DNA of 64,000 bases from Minisyncoccia bacterium (GTDB lineage Bacteria > Patescibacteriota > Minisyncoccia > UBA6257 > 2-01-FULL-56-20): assembly GCA_049997875.1 (NCBI GenBank), contig JBEKRC010000005.1, forward strand, positions 1,679-65,678, given 5' to 3'. This document shows positions 17,988 to 26,948 of the stretch, piece after piece. The first letter of the stretch is position 1; the number at the start of each line of letters is the position of its first letter. The position numbers and the translations under genes are program-made. The notes beneath the pieces are model-generated. The model saw nothing but the letters and a program-made list of their open reading frames with translations, was not told the DNA's origin and did no database searches.

Positions 17988-18869
17988 GTGGGAAAAGTTA
18001 AAAAAGAAAACGGCTATGAGAAGATCGGTCCTATGGCATGGGCCGTGGCGTATTTCCGGACATTCTCGGATATCAAATACGCCAAGGAGATCTTTGAAGA
18101 ACTTGACAGTGTAGTGAAGCCAGCCGATCCTGTTCGGCTGGAATATATGGAAAGCGCAAAGCGGTTCAATTTCGCGCCGCAATTTGAAGCCCGTTATAAA
18201 CTTATCAACCGGCTGCTGAAGGAAAACAAGACAAACCAAATCTTAGAACTCGCGGCGGGCCTTGCGGGACGGGGGCTCGCGATGGCAGAAGAAGATCCAT
18301 CGTTACAATATGTGGAGGTTGATCTTCCGGCAATGGCGGCGCATAAGAGGAGAATGCTTCAAAACCTGTTTGCAAAGGGCAAGGCGAAACCTCAAAGCAA
18401 CCTCCACGTGGAGGACGGGAATGCCCTGGATGAGAACTCTCTCTTCGCCGCCACTCGCTATTTCAAGGACGAGCCCATCTCGGTGGTTAATGAGGGGTTG
18501 TTGAGATACCTGACCCTTGATGAGAAGAAGATCGTGGCGGAGAATGTGTGCTCCTTGCTTCAGAAATTCGGCGGCGTATGGATTACTTCCGACATCACCA
18601 CCAAAAAGGTATTGGCGTATGAGGAGGAGAGAACAGACAACCTTGCGAGGGTGAAGGCGATGGCGGGAATTGACGTTGAAGCAAATCGCTTTGAGGATCA
18701 AGACGCGGCGCAGAAGTTCTTTGAAGACCTCGGGTTCAGTGTTGAACGGCACAGTTTCCTTGAGGCCGCGAACGAATTAGTTTCGCCTAAAAAATTAGGA
18801 CTTTCGGATCAAGAAGTGGAAAACATGATTAAACATGCTACGGTGTTTGTGATGAGGCTGCGGCAGTAA
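17988..18869 (+). CDS. putative class I SAM-dependent methyltransferase (LCM/TcmP-like)
   Basis: Motif-I-like ILELAAGLAGRGL, then acidic and aromatic residues at positions expected for SAM binding. Weak assignment. Confidence 0.4.
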   Translation: MGKVKKENGYEKIGPMAWAVAYFRTFSDIKYAKEIFEELDSVVKPADPVRLEYMESAKRFNFAPQFEARYKLINRLLKENKTNQILELAAGLAGRGLAMAEEDPSLQYVEVDLPAMAAHKRRMLQNLFAKGKAKPQSNLHVEDGNALDENSLFAATRYFKDEPISVVNEGLLRYLTLDEKKIVAENVCSLLQKFGGVWITSDITTKKVLAYEEERTDNLARVKAMAGIDVEANRFEDQDAAQKFFEDLGFSVERHSFLEAANELVSPKKLGLSDQEVENMIKHATVFVMRLRQ

Positions 18870-18902
18870 CCATTTTAGGGCGAAGCGGTATAATGAGAGA
18901 AA

Positions 18903-19340
18903 ATGCTCGATATACATATAAAGACTATTCCTCATAAGGAGCAGCGCTATCCGACGCTTGGAGATTATTGGCGCAACAATGAGGGAACACAGGAGATGCG
19001 TATATCCGAGATGGGGAATGACGATTATGCATTTATGATTGCCGTTCACGAGTTGATTGAGTGGTATCTTACGGAAAAACGCGGCATCAAGGAAGAAGAC
19101 ATCAAGGCTTTTGATGAAGCGTTTGAAAAAGAACGATTGCAAGGCCTCCATACTGAGAAAGATGAGGCGGGTTTTGACCCGCGGGCGCCATACATGAAAG
19201 AACACGCTTTCGCTACGAATATTGAGAAACAGCTTGCGAAAGAGCTCGGCGTGGATTGGAACAAATACGATGCGGAAATCAAGGCTCTTTTTGCACGGCT
19301 TGAGACATCGGGAGACACTAAAGCCGGAACGGGAGTATAA
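18903..19340 (+). CDS. hypothetical protein
   Basis: 145-aa ORF ending immediately before the SPFH gene. Confidence 0.35.
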   Translation: MLDIHIKTIPHKEQRYPTLGDYWRNNEGTQEMRISEMGNDDYAFMIAVHELIEWYLTEKRGIKEEDIKAFDEAFEKERLQGLHTEKDEAGFDPRAPYMKEHAFATNIEKQLAKELGVDWNKYDAEIKALFARLETSGDTKAGTGV

Positions 19341-19347
19341 TGGCCAT

Positions 19348-20112
19348 ATGGATTGGCTCACCTACATAGTGCTCGTCATTGTCATCGTTCTTCTCGCGGG
19401 GATCAAGGTGATAAAGGAATATCAGCGAGCGGTCGTATTCCGCTTGGGGCGCCTTGTGGGTGCGCGCGGCCCCGGCTTGATCTATGTCCTCCCTATCTTT
19501 GAAAAGATGGTGCGGGTCGGCCTTCGCACCGTCACCATGAACATCCCGTCGCAGAAGATCATCACGAAGGACAATGTTTCCATAGACATCGCGGCGGTGG
19601 CGTACTACCACGTGGTGGATGCGCAAAAATCCGTGGTCGCGATTGAGAACGTCCACGACGCGGTGAACCAGATCAGCCAGACGACGGTGAGGAACGTCGT
19701 GGGGCAGTTCATGCTTGACCAATTTTTGTCGCAGACGGTTGATATAAACGAAAAAATAAAAAATGTGATTGACGTCCATACGGAACCATGGGGCATCCAG
19801 GTGACCGCGGTTGAGATCAAGGACGTCATCCTGCCCGACAACATGCAACGGGCGATGGCGAAGGAGGCCGAGGCCGAACGCGAGCGGCGGGCGAAGATCG
19901 TCGCTGCACAAGGCGAATTCCAAGCGGCTGAAAAATTGGGGCAAGCGGCCGAGATCATTGCCGCACATCCCGTCGCCCTCCAACTTCGTACGCTCCAAAC
20001 GATGGCGGAGATCGCCACCGAAAAGAACTCCACGATCATCTTCCCGGCACAGTTCATGACGACGGTCAAAGAAGCCCTTGAGACGCTGCAGCTGGATAAG
20101 AAGAATAAGTGA
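19348..20112 (+). CDS. SPFH/band-7 (stomatin/prohibitin-like) membrane protein
   Basis: N-terminal TM helix followed by the SPFH core YQRAVVFRLGRLVGARGPGLIYVLPIFEK...GIQVTAVEIKDVILPDNMQRAMAKEAEAERERRAKI. Confidence 0.8.
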   Translation: MDWLTYIVLVIVIVLLAGIKVIKEYQRAVVFRLGRLVGARGPGLIYVLPIFEKMVRVGLRTVTMNIPSQKIITKDNVSIDIAAVAYYHVVDAQKSVVAIENVHDAVNQISQTTVRNVVGQFMLDQFLSQTVDINEKIKNVIDVHTEPWGIQVTAVEIKDVILPDNMQRAMAKEAEAERERRAKIVAAQGEFQAAEKLGQAAEIIAAHPVALQLRTLQTMAEIATEKNSTIIFPAQFMTTVKEALETLQLDKKNK

Positions 20113-20154
20113 GCGGGGTGGGCGAAGCGGTAGGGGTAGTGGTAGCGCCGCGCG

Positions 20155-20676
20155 CTACGAGCGCTTCTCCAGGCTGAGGTTTGAAAACGCCAAAAGTAGG
20201 GCGGGCATCATGAGGTCCTTCCTCGTGAGCGTTTTCCCGGAAAAGTATATGACGGGGTCTTCCTCTCCTGCGAGGCTTTGGGTAAGGGCGTCAATTTTGA
20301 TGTGGCTATCCTGTATTTCTTTGATCATCCACAGCGGCACGCGTATGCCGGGGGTGAAGCTTTCTGCGGTCCTGCCTTCCTTGGTCTTCACGGCGGTGCA
20401 GATCACGTAATACCATTCGTTCGCGTTGAAGATAAAAACAAGCGAATTTTCTATTCCCACGCCCACGTCTATGCCTGCGCGTCCGACCGCTTCCTCGGCG
20501 CAGGACCTCGCCCTTTTGAAGAGCTCTTCAAACCCGAATGTCTGCGCGGGGAGGGACGGACGGAAGGCGTTGTCGGCGGCGACGGTCGCTTCAATGCCGA
20601 GCCGCTTCACGGCCTCCTCCACTGCAGCTTTCTTGAAATCAAAATAACGCTTTGAGGTATAGAAACCGATGGTCAT
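20155..20676 (-). CDS. putative non-canonical purine NTP phosphatase (YjjX/DUF84-like)
   Basis: Pattern FGFEELFKRARSCAEEAVGRAGIDVGVGIE...GKTLTRKDLMMPALLLAF resembles inosine/xanthosine triphosphatases. Confidence 0.45.
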   Translation of the reverse strand: MTIGFYTSKRYFDFKKAAVEEAVKRLGIEATVAADNAFRPSLPAQTFGFEELFKRARSCAEEAVGRAGIDVGVGIENSLVFIFNANEWYYVICTAVKTKEGRTAESFTPGIRVPLWMIKEIQDSHIKIDALTQSLAGEEDPVIYFSGKTLTRKDLMMPALLLAFSNLSLEKRS

Positions 20677-20698
20677 TCGTCCTACCAGTATAACATTC

Positions 20699-22987
20699 CT
20701 ACGTTTTTACGGTCGCTTCGGCGGGAATGTCTTCTATCTCGCAGACGCCGCCCACGCACGCGAGTTCTTTTTTCACGTCGGTCGTATCTTCCCGTTCATA
20801 GAGGATGATCTGCGAGAAATCAAGCGCTGGCATTTTGGCGAGCATCTCCTCGTAGTGTTCCTTTGCGATTTCCTCGTAGGGCGCCAAGAGGTAGGCGTGG
20901 TCCTCGCGCGGAAGGAAGGAAACGCCGCCAATGATATCCCAGTTCTCGTAGACCCAATCCGCGACGCCGATCCATTCGTTCTCGCCCACGGAAATCGTGA
21001 CCGAAGGATTATGTTCGGTATAGTCCGTTTTCACTTTCTTCCAGTACTCAAGCTGATCGAGCGCCGTAAGGTCGTTTTTTGTCACCGCGCCCTCGGGGGC
21101 CTTCACGGGGAATTCCACCACATAGAGGTTCGCCGAGGAGAGCGACTGGCCCACCTCGGGGAAGTATTGCACCTTTTGGTCCTTCATCATCTGGAAAAGC
21201 GCGTCGGATGCCGCGATGCGCACGCGGCGGATGTAGTACTTTGCGTGGCGCGGGTGAAGCCCGGAAGAGGAATCCACCGTTTGTGAAAGATTGCCGGACG
21301 GCTTCACGCAGGTGATCGCCATGGAAGGATTGATGCCGAAGCGCTTGGCGTACTCGGCGTTCACCTGAATCGCGCAGTCGCGGAGTTTCCGGAACACATT
21401 CAGGTCGCGCACCGCGGCGCAATCCCACTGGCCGGTTACGGAAACGCCCAAGAGCCGCTCGCGGTCGCAATTTTGTTTCCATTCTTTGGAAAGATAGGGG
21501 AAATTGGTGAGCGTGGATTGGTAGGTGCCCAAGATGGTCGCGAGCCGCATCTTTTTCATTAAGGTTGCTTCGGTATCCTCGGCGCGGGCCACGACCTCGG
21601 AGAGATTGCAGAATTCCTTCGGCTGGAGGATGATCTCGCCGCACGGATTCGTGCCCAGCCGGTTGATCTCTTCCTTCAGGAATTTCTTGCGGCGCTCGGG
21701 GAGCTGAAAGGCCATGCCGCCGCGATTGAAGATGCCCCGCTCGCCCGTGCCGCTCTTTGCGAGCGAAAGCCATTCTTCAAGGAATTGCGTGGAATTTGGC
21801 CTCTCGGTATAGACCGCGGAGTTGTTCGCCATGGAACGCTGGGGTTCCGTCATCCAGAATTGCCCCGTCTTTGCTTGCCGCATTTCCGGGTCGTCGAGAT
21901 CGGAAAGGGAAATCGTGGCGCTCCGGCGCACGCCGCCCGCGACGACGATCTCGCCGATCTTGCAGCAGATGTCGTGCACGTCAATATTCGCAAGCCGCCG
22001 TCCCTGCTTCGCAAGAATTTTTCTCCGTGCGAAAGAGAGTAATGCACGCAGGGGTTCGGGCCCCGAACTTTTACCGCCCATTGTTTTCAAGCGTGCACCC
22101 GCGGGACGCAATTGCGAAAAATCAAACTCAATGTCCTTGCCGTCAAACCATGTTTTGAGGCCCAAGGTGAGCGCATCGCACCATCCTTCTTTGCTGTCCG
22201 CGATCATGTGCGCCGGCAACTTCTTCCCGGTCTGCCTTTTGATCTGCGGAAGTTTCTGGACGTTCTGGCTTTCCACGCTGAACCCCACACCCGTGCCGCA
22301 CATGGAGATGTACATCATCTCGGCGAAATCCTCCGGTTTCTGCGGAGCGAGATACGAGCAATTGAATGCCGAGACGTTCGTGGAACGGGCCGCGACGCCC
22401 GCGAACTGCAAGAGCCGCATGGACGGCATCGCTTCCTGTTTCAGGATCCCTTCGCGCACTTCCGCATATTCGGCGTCGGTGAGCTTCCCGCCGAGATTTT
22501 CTTTCATGAAATTCACATAACGGTCCACTGTCTCTATCCACGTTTCGCGGCGGCCCTCCTCGGGGATCCACTTGGAATACGTCCGGTAGTACACGAACTC
22601 GGCGAGCTGGTTCCTGAAATATTTTTTGCTCTCTTCGGCAAGCATACGCACGCGTTCCGGGATCTCGCGTTTCATTTCGCGGATTTGCGCGCGGTCGGCA
22701 CGGTACAAAATGTACGCCTTCGCGGTCTTTGAGTAGTCCATGAGGATCAGCTGCGTCTCCACGGTGTCCTGGATTTCCTCAATCGTGGGAATATGCTCCT
22801 TCGGGAGCTTTTTCTCAAGCGTAGCCACCACTTGTTCCGAAACTTTCTCCGCATCTTCCTTTGATTTGGCCTCCCCGGTCACGTTCATCGCTTTCGCGAT
22901 GGCGTTCGTGACCTTGTTCTGGTCAAATGGCACGATGCGACCGTCCCTTTTTCTTACCTCCGCGAAGTGGTGTTTCCCAAAAATCAT
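20699..22987 (-). CDS. nrdJ: class II (adenosylcobalamin-dependent) ribonucleotide reductase with N-terminal ATP-cone
   Basis: ATP-cone start MIFGKHHFAEVRKRDGRIVPFDQNKV. Active-site NPCGEI. C-terminal Cys pair CVGGVC. True start placed at Met19 of the ORF-track entry. Confidence 0.8.
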   Translation of the reverse strand: MIFGKHHFAEVRKRDGRIVPFDQNKVTNAIAKAMNVTGEAKSKEDAEKVSEQVVATLEKKLPKEHIPTIEEIQDTVETQLILMDYSKTAKAYILYRADRAQIREMKREIPERVRMLAEESKKYFRNQLAEFVYYRTYSKWIPEEGRRETWIETVDRYVNFMKENLGGKLTDAEYAEVREGILKQEAMPSMRLLQFAGVAARSTNVSAFNCSYLAPQKPEDFAEMMYISMCGTGVGFSVESQNVQKLPQIKRQTGKKLPAHMIADSKEGWCDALTLGLKTWFDGKDIEFDFSQLRPAGARLKTMGGKSSGPEPLRALLSFARRKILAKQGRRLANIDVHDICCKIGEIVVAGGVRRSATISLSDLDDPEMRQAKTGQFWMTEPQRSMANNSAVYTERPNSTQFLEEWLSLAKSGTGERGIFNRGGMAFQLPERRKKFLKEEINRLGTNPCGEIILQPKEFCNLSEVVARAEDTEATLMKKMRLATILGTYQSTLTNFPYLSKEWKQNCDRERLLGVSVTGQWDCAAVRDLNVFRKLRDCAIQVNAEYAKRFGINPSMAITCVKPSGNLSQTVDSSSGLHPRHAKYYIRRVRIAASDALFQMMKDQKVQYFPEVGQSLSSANLYVVEFPVKAPEGAVTKNDLTALDQLEYWKKVKTDYTEHNPSVTISVGENEWIGVADWVYENWDIIGGVSFLPREDHAYLLAPYEEIAKEHYEEMLAKMPALDFSQIILYEREDTTDVKKELACVGGVCEIEDIPAEATVKT

Positions 22988-23085
22988 GTTATGAAAAGTT
23001 AATGGATATTTAATTTCGACGTAAACCAATTGTACCACCACGCCTTGTCAAAAGGGAGGTGTGGATAGCAATTCTTTCATCAACT

Positions 23086-24399
23086 TTACGACGGAAAGTC
23101 AAACTGTGCGAGTTTGCTCACGGAATTTATGAGATAGAAAGTATTTTCCTGCGGTTTGTAAAGGGGAGAGGTCCCTTTTGCGACGGCGACAAAGTTGCGG
23201 AGGCCAAGGTCGTCAATGTCCAGGAAGGAAACGGAATCGGGATACGCGACAAAAAGATGATTCATATCCTTATACCAGATCGTGCGGACGGCGTCCTTTA
23301 CGTCGGGGAGGTTAAACCGGTGGTAGGTTTGCGCATCCGCGAGCGGGAGCACTTCCAAGCTCTTCTCTTCCAGAGCCGCGATCGCCGAACCGTCGTCCGC
23401 GACCGAAAATGTTTTCACGGAGTCAGCTAATTTTTGGAACGTTGCGGCGTTACTGTCGTAAAGGTACAGTGCGCCGTCATTTTGAAGGACGGCGAGAAGG
23501 CCGGGGGTTGCCCACGCGAGCGCGAGGGTCTTTCCCGGGACAGTCAACGCACTTTTCGTCATCGTTTTCGTGAATTTGTCGTAGAGGACGACGTTCGTGG
23601 TATCGGAAGCGTTTCTGAATCTTGTCCAGGCAATGAGGGCGGGGGAGGGCGCCGGCGGTGCGGTTCCCAAAACGGTGCCCACGGGCACCTGCTCAATCAT
23701 GGATGATGACGTGAGCGCCGTGTCAAAGATCCATATCCGCCGGTCGTCCGTGGCGACGACCTTGGTTGCGTCGGACGGATCAATCGCGATGCTCCTGATC
23801 GCGCCGGCGAAGAACGCCGAAAGATTAGTGGAGGTGCCAGCGTCAAAATCATAGAGGAGGTACGCGCCGGTTCTCGCGCTTTTGAAAATAATATTTTTAA
23901 AATTGCTGCTTTCGCTTACCAGGCCTCCGTGGCCGATCGTATTGCCGCGCCAGACGATGGCGTCGCTCGCCGTCTGCGAAATAAGTTCCCCCGACGCGAC
24001 GAAAAAATTTTTAAAGGAGGCCGCCGAAGTGGTCGCGGGCGCATCAGGAACGAGGACCGCATACTTGAGTGCGGCGACGAGCGAAGGAAGCACTTCGGCG
24101 TCCTCGTGCCAATCAAGATAGCCGTTCTCTTTGAGCGTCAACGAATAGTTGCGCGGGAAGAGTTCGGAAATGAGCGTGCCGTAGGAAAGAAATCCTGACT
24201 GGTTCGGGACCGGCTTGCCGTTCAAAAAAATGCTGGCATCGCGCGGAAAGGATTGCACGTAGATCGCCCCGACTTTTTTCGCGCGCCATAGGGCGAAATC
24301 GAATCGCCATCCTTGGGCATAGAGCACTACGCCCGCGCCGAGGACGACAAAGACCACGACAAGCGCGTAAAAGATGGCCCTTCTTGTCCTTTTTGTCAT
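23086..24399 (-). CDS. membrane-anchored protein with PEGA-like domain
   Basis: N-terminal TM helix (AIFYALVVVFVVLGAGVVLYA), then SFPRDASIFLNGKPV, which is PEGA-like. Otherwise unassigned. Confidence 0.5.
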   Translation of the reverse strand: MTKRTRRAIFYALVVVFVVLGAGVVLYAQGWRFDFALWRAKKVGAIYVQSFPRDASIFLNGKPVPNQSGFLSYGTLISELFPRNYSLTLKENGYLDWHEDAEVLPSLVAALKYAVLVPDAPATTSAASFKNFFVASGELISQTASDAIVWRGNTIGHGGLVSESSNFKNIIFKSARTGAYLLYDFDAGTSTNLSAFFAGAIRSIAIDPSDATKVVATDDRRIWIFDTALTSSSMIEQVPVGTVLGTAPPAPSPALIAWTRFRNASDTTNVVLYDKFTKTMTKSALTVPGKTLALAWATPGLLAVLQNDGALYLYDSNAATFQKLADSVKTFSVADDGSAIAALEEKSLEVLPLADAQTYHRFNLPDVKDAVRTIWYKDMNHLFVAYPDSVSFLDIDDLGLRNFVAVAKGTSPLYKPQENTFYLINSVSKLAQFDFPS

Positions 24400-24572
24400 G
24401 GGTGAGGTACGAGGTAGATTGTAGCACACGGCGGTTTGCGCATAAGGCCGTATACAGCTTGCGCCAAACCGTTCTCGGATGGGGTATATACGCTGCGCGT
24501 ATATACCTGGTTCGCTCGGTCAAAAGGAAAGCTTGCTTTCCTTTTTCCATCGCTGCCAGGTATAATGATAGT

Positions 24573-24715
24573 GTCCCGCCGCAGATCTCGGATCAAATAA
24601 TTATAAAAGGGAGGGCGAATCGCTGCGATCCGTGGATTGCAGCTGAGCCCACCCACTTGGCGTGAAGCCAGAGATCAGGCGGGATAGGCAAGGAGCCGGC
24701 AAACGCCGGCTTTTT
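24573..24715 (+). ncRNA. candidate small RNA: promoter-like TATAAT at 24561-24566 to intrinsic terminator gccggc-aaac-gccggc-TTTTT
   Basis: ORF-free segment with internal hairpin gctgcgatcc-gtg-gattgcagc. The terminator lies at 24695-24715. Confidence 0.3.
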
Positions 24716-24888
24716 GCGCCTTTGCCTTTCTTGAACCCGCTCGTGGCTTCGGAAAATCTAACGACCGCACGACGAAAATCTGCCACCCTCTCGCCTTCGG
24801 CGGGGGTCCCGGCAGATTTTCTGTTCGCTCGTTGATTTTCCTCGCCACTCCGCTAGGTTCTGCGAAAGCACAAAGGCGCAAAAAGCCG
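24707..24888. ncRNA. structured RNA-like element, copy B, sharing the UUCG-hairpin core with copy A
   Basis: Core 24773-24820 GAAAATCTGCC-ACCCTCTCGCC-UUCG-GCGGGGGTCC-GGCAGATTTTC. Enclosed by a perfect 18-bp inverted repeat, cggctttttgcgcctttg (24707-24724) / caaaggcgcaaaaagccg (24871-24888). This closing stem has a different sequence from copy A. Confidence 0.4.
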
Positions 24889-24922
24889 ACCTAAGCGTTG
24901 GTCGTTCTGATATAATTTAATT

Positions 24923-25294
24923 GTGATAGAAAATAAAGGGAAGTTCATTGTGGGTAAAATAGCTGACTTTGAAAAACGTAAAGGATGGTTCTTCGGTCGG
25001 TTCTCGGAACACCCGTTATTGCGATCTGATTTAGTAGAAGTCGCTTTTCAGGATATTTCTCAAAAAGAAGCATCTCCCAATGACAAACATCTGCACACGT
25101 CATCAATTGAGATTAATATTGTGTTGAGCGGAAAAGTTTCGCTAACTATCAATGGACAAAAATTTAAAGTCGGCGAAGGCGAATTTTATGTCGTATGGCC
25201 CGAGTCCGTCGTGGAAGATTTACGCACAACGGAAAATACAAAGTTAATTGTGATAAGAGCCCCGAGCGTGAACGACAAAAGGGCGATTGAGTAA
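24923..25294 (+). CDS. cupin-fold small protein (GTG start)
   Basis: 123 aa with double-stranded beta-helix-like motifs (HLHTSSIEINIVLSGKV...GEGEFYVVWP). TATAAT lies 7 nt upstream of the start. Confidence 0.5.
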   Translation: MIENKGKFIVGKIADFEKRKGWFFGRFSEHPLLRSDLVEVAFQDISQKEASPNDKHLHTSSIEINIVLSGKVSLTINGQKFKVGEGEFYVVWPESVVEDLRTTENTKLIVIRAPSVNDKRAIE

Positions 25295-25300
25295 AATCGA

Positions 25301-25624
25301 TCAGAGGAGAGCGTTGATCTTCGCCGCGAGGATGAAATCGTTTTCCGAGAGGCCGCCGATGGCGTGCGTCGTGAGTTCAAAACGGACGAGGTTATAGAAG
25401 ACGTAGATGTCGGGGTGATGCCCTTCGGATTCGGCGAGGTCGGCTACCTTATTCACGAACAACATCGCTTCTTTGAAATCTTTGAATTTGAATTCCTTCG
25501 TTATTTTCCTGCCGTCGGACGAGGTCCATCCGGGCGCGTACTTTAAATAATTCGGCACGCGTTCGGGGTCCAAAGGCGGCATGCCGCCTTCGCACGGGAT
25601 ACAATGTTTTTTCGTGAGGTCCAT
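25301..25624 (-). CDS. phhB: pterin-4a-carbinolamine dehydratase (PCD/DCoH)
   Basis: KFKDFKEAMLFVNKVADLAESEGHHPDIYVFYNLVRFELTTHAIGGLSENDFILAAKI. Start at an internal Met. The upstream extension in the ORF track overlaps a tRNA-like element. Confidence 0.75.
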   Translation of the reverse strand: MDLTKKHCIPCEGGMPPLDPERVPNYLKYAPGWTSSDGRKITKEFKFKDFKEAMLFVNKVADLAESEGHHPDIYVFYNLVRFELTTHAIGGLSENDFILAAKINALL

Positions 25625-25682
25625 GGTTATATTAATACAATATTTAAGTTGTAAATCAAATTTCTCGGTTTCCTGCGAACGG

Positions 25683-25751
25683 TGGAGGCTAGGGGAGTCG
25701 AACCCCTCGGATTCTGAATGTCGAATCAGCTCCGGCGACCGCGCAACCCCC
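25683..25751 (-). other. tRNA-like fragment: canonical T-arm and 3' acceptor strand with G3-U70, but a degenerate D/anticodon half
   Basis: Minus strand reads ...AGGGG-TTCGACT-CCCCT-AGCCTCC-A-CC. A 5' GGGGGTT can pair with the acceptor strand. The D-arm and an 8-nt anticodon loop are non-canonical. Confidence 0.3.
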
Positions 25752-25873
25752 ACCGCGCAAACATTGTAGCGAAGCGACATTAAATAATTCTTAAAAGAAG
25801 TTTGACAAAGTGTTTGAGTCGCTTATACTTTACAATAAGAATGTCGAGTCAGATCCGGTCTGCGTTCGGATTC

Positions 25874-25906
25874 GCAAAAGGCCCGAGTGATCGGGTCTTT
25901 TGCTTT
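25874..25906. terminator. bidirectional intrinsic terminator downstream of the VIT-family gene
   Basis: aaaaggcccga-gtga-tcgggtctttt. Confidence 0.6.
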
Positions 25907-25956
25907 TTGCGGAGTGCGGGAAGGACGTCGCAGAAGTGGATGCTTCCTTTTCTTAT

Positions 25957-26844
25957 CTAAAAACTCTGCGAGCCGATGTGGAATGTGGCGCCAACGACTT
26001 TTCCCAAAAGATAGGTTGCGAGTGCGGTGCCGAGCATGAGCGAAGCTGACTCGGCGAATTCGCGGACGAATTTCCGGTCAAAGATAATCGCGCCGTAGAA
26101 TGTGAATGCGGCGAGGAGAACGATGCCGACCGAGGCGGAGGTGACGAATGCCGCGAGCATCGTGTGGATGAGGAAATAGGGAAGTGCGAGGCAAATTACG
26201 GAGACCATGTAGGAGATGCCGGTGATGAACGCGGAAAGGACCGGTGATTTGTCCGGATCTTGCTTCGCTTGGAGGTATGCCGCCGAGCCCATGGAGATCG
26301 CGGCGGCGAATCCGACGATAACGCCCGAGATACCGGCAATGAGCGTGGAACCCGTGACGCCGAGGAATCCCGCATGCACGCCCGTGATCTCTACGATCGC
26401 GTCGGCGAGTCCGAGGGCCACAAACCCGACGTAAGCGACGCGTTTTTCCCTCAACTGTCCGATGAACAACTGCTCATGCGATTGTTCATCTTCAATGATT
26501 TTTTGCAAACGCTCTTTGTGCGGAGCGGGGAGGGCGGGGAGCATCGCTCGGTACGTCGCGGTTGAATTCTTTTCGTGCGATTCCATCCACTTTGCCGTAA
26601 AGGTGACGCCGAAGACGCTTGCAAGAAGCGGCGTGGCCCAGCGGCCGAACCAATGTGGCTTCGGATCAATGCCCGGCAGGAGCTCCTTCCAGAATTCGTA
26701 ATGTGTTTTTTCGTGCGCGGAAAGTTTTTGGAGCAGCGCCTTGTTTTCCGGTTTTTTCTCGCGTCGCGCAAGCGCATGATACACGTAATGTTCCGTGATC
26801 TCGTTCCGCGCGTGGGAGAGGTATTGTTCTTCGTCGTTGTTCAT
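25957..26844 (-). CDS. VIT1/CCC1-family iron/manganese transporter with N-terminal ferritin-like (rubrerythrin-type) domain
   Basis: N-terminal EHYVYHALA...HEKTHYEFW...EDEQSHEQLF motifs, which are ferritin-like. A C-terminal multi-TM VIT domain follows. Confidence 0.75.
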   Translation of the reverse strand: MNNDEEQYLSHARNEITEHYVYHALARREKKPENKALLQKLSAHEKTHYEFWKELLPGIDPKPHWFGRWATPLLASVFGVTFTAKWMESHEKNSTATYRAMLPALPAPHKERLQKIIEDEQSHEQLFIGQLREKRVAYVGFVALGLADAIVEITGVHAGFLGVTGSTLIAGISGVIVGFAAAISMGSAAYLQAKQDPDKSPVLSAFITGISYMVSVICLALPYFLIHTMLAAFVTSASVGIVLLAAFTFYGAIIFDRKFVREFAESASLMLGTALATYLLGKVVGATFHIGSQSF

Positions 26845-26846
26845 TG

Positions 26847-26917
26847 TCGGGCCGCCGGGAATTGAACCCGGTCTAAACGCACCCCATGCGCTTGTACTAC
26901 CGGTATACTACGGCCCG
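26847..26917 (-). tRNA. tRNA-Pro (anticodon GGG)
   Basis: Hand-folded 71-nt cloverleaf. Acceptor CGGGCCG/CGGCCCG, U8 A9, D-arm GTAT-ACCGGTA-GTAC, anticodon arm AGCGC-ATGGGGT-GCGTT, variable TAGA, T-arm CCGGG-TTCAATT-CCCGG, discriminator A. CCA is not encoded. Confidence 0.6.
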
Positions 26918-26948
26918 CCTTGAATGGAACTATTGTACCTCGTTGCGT

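Noticed and set aside
24675-24881. 68-aa and 181-aa ORFs (24675-24881 and 4895-5440, minus strand) that look homologous at protein level (NVPGPPPKARGW.IFVV)
   Set aside because: The similarity is a by-product of translating the two copies of the conserved structured RNA core. Both ORFs run antisense through hairpin DNA and lack starts with promoter context.
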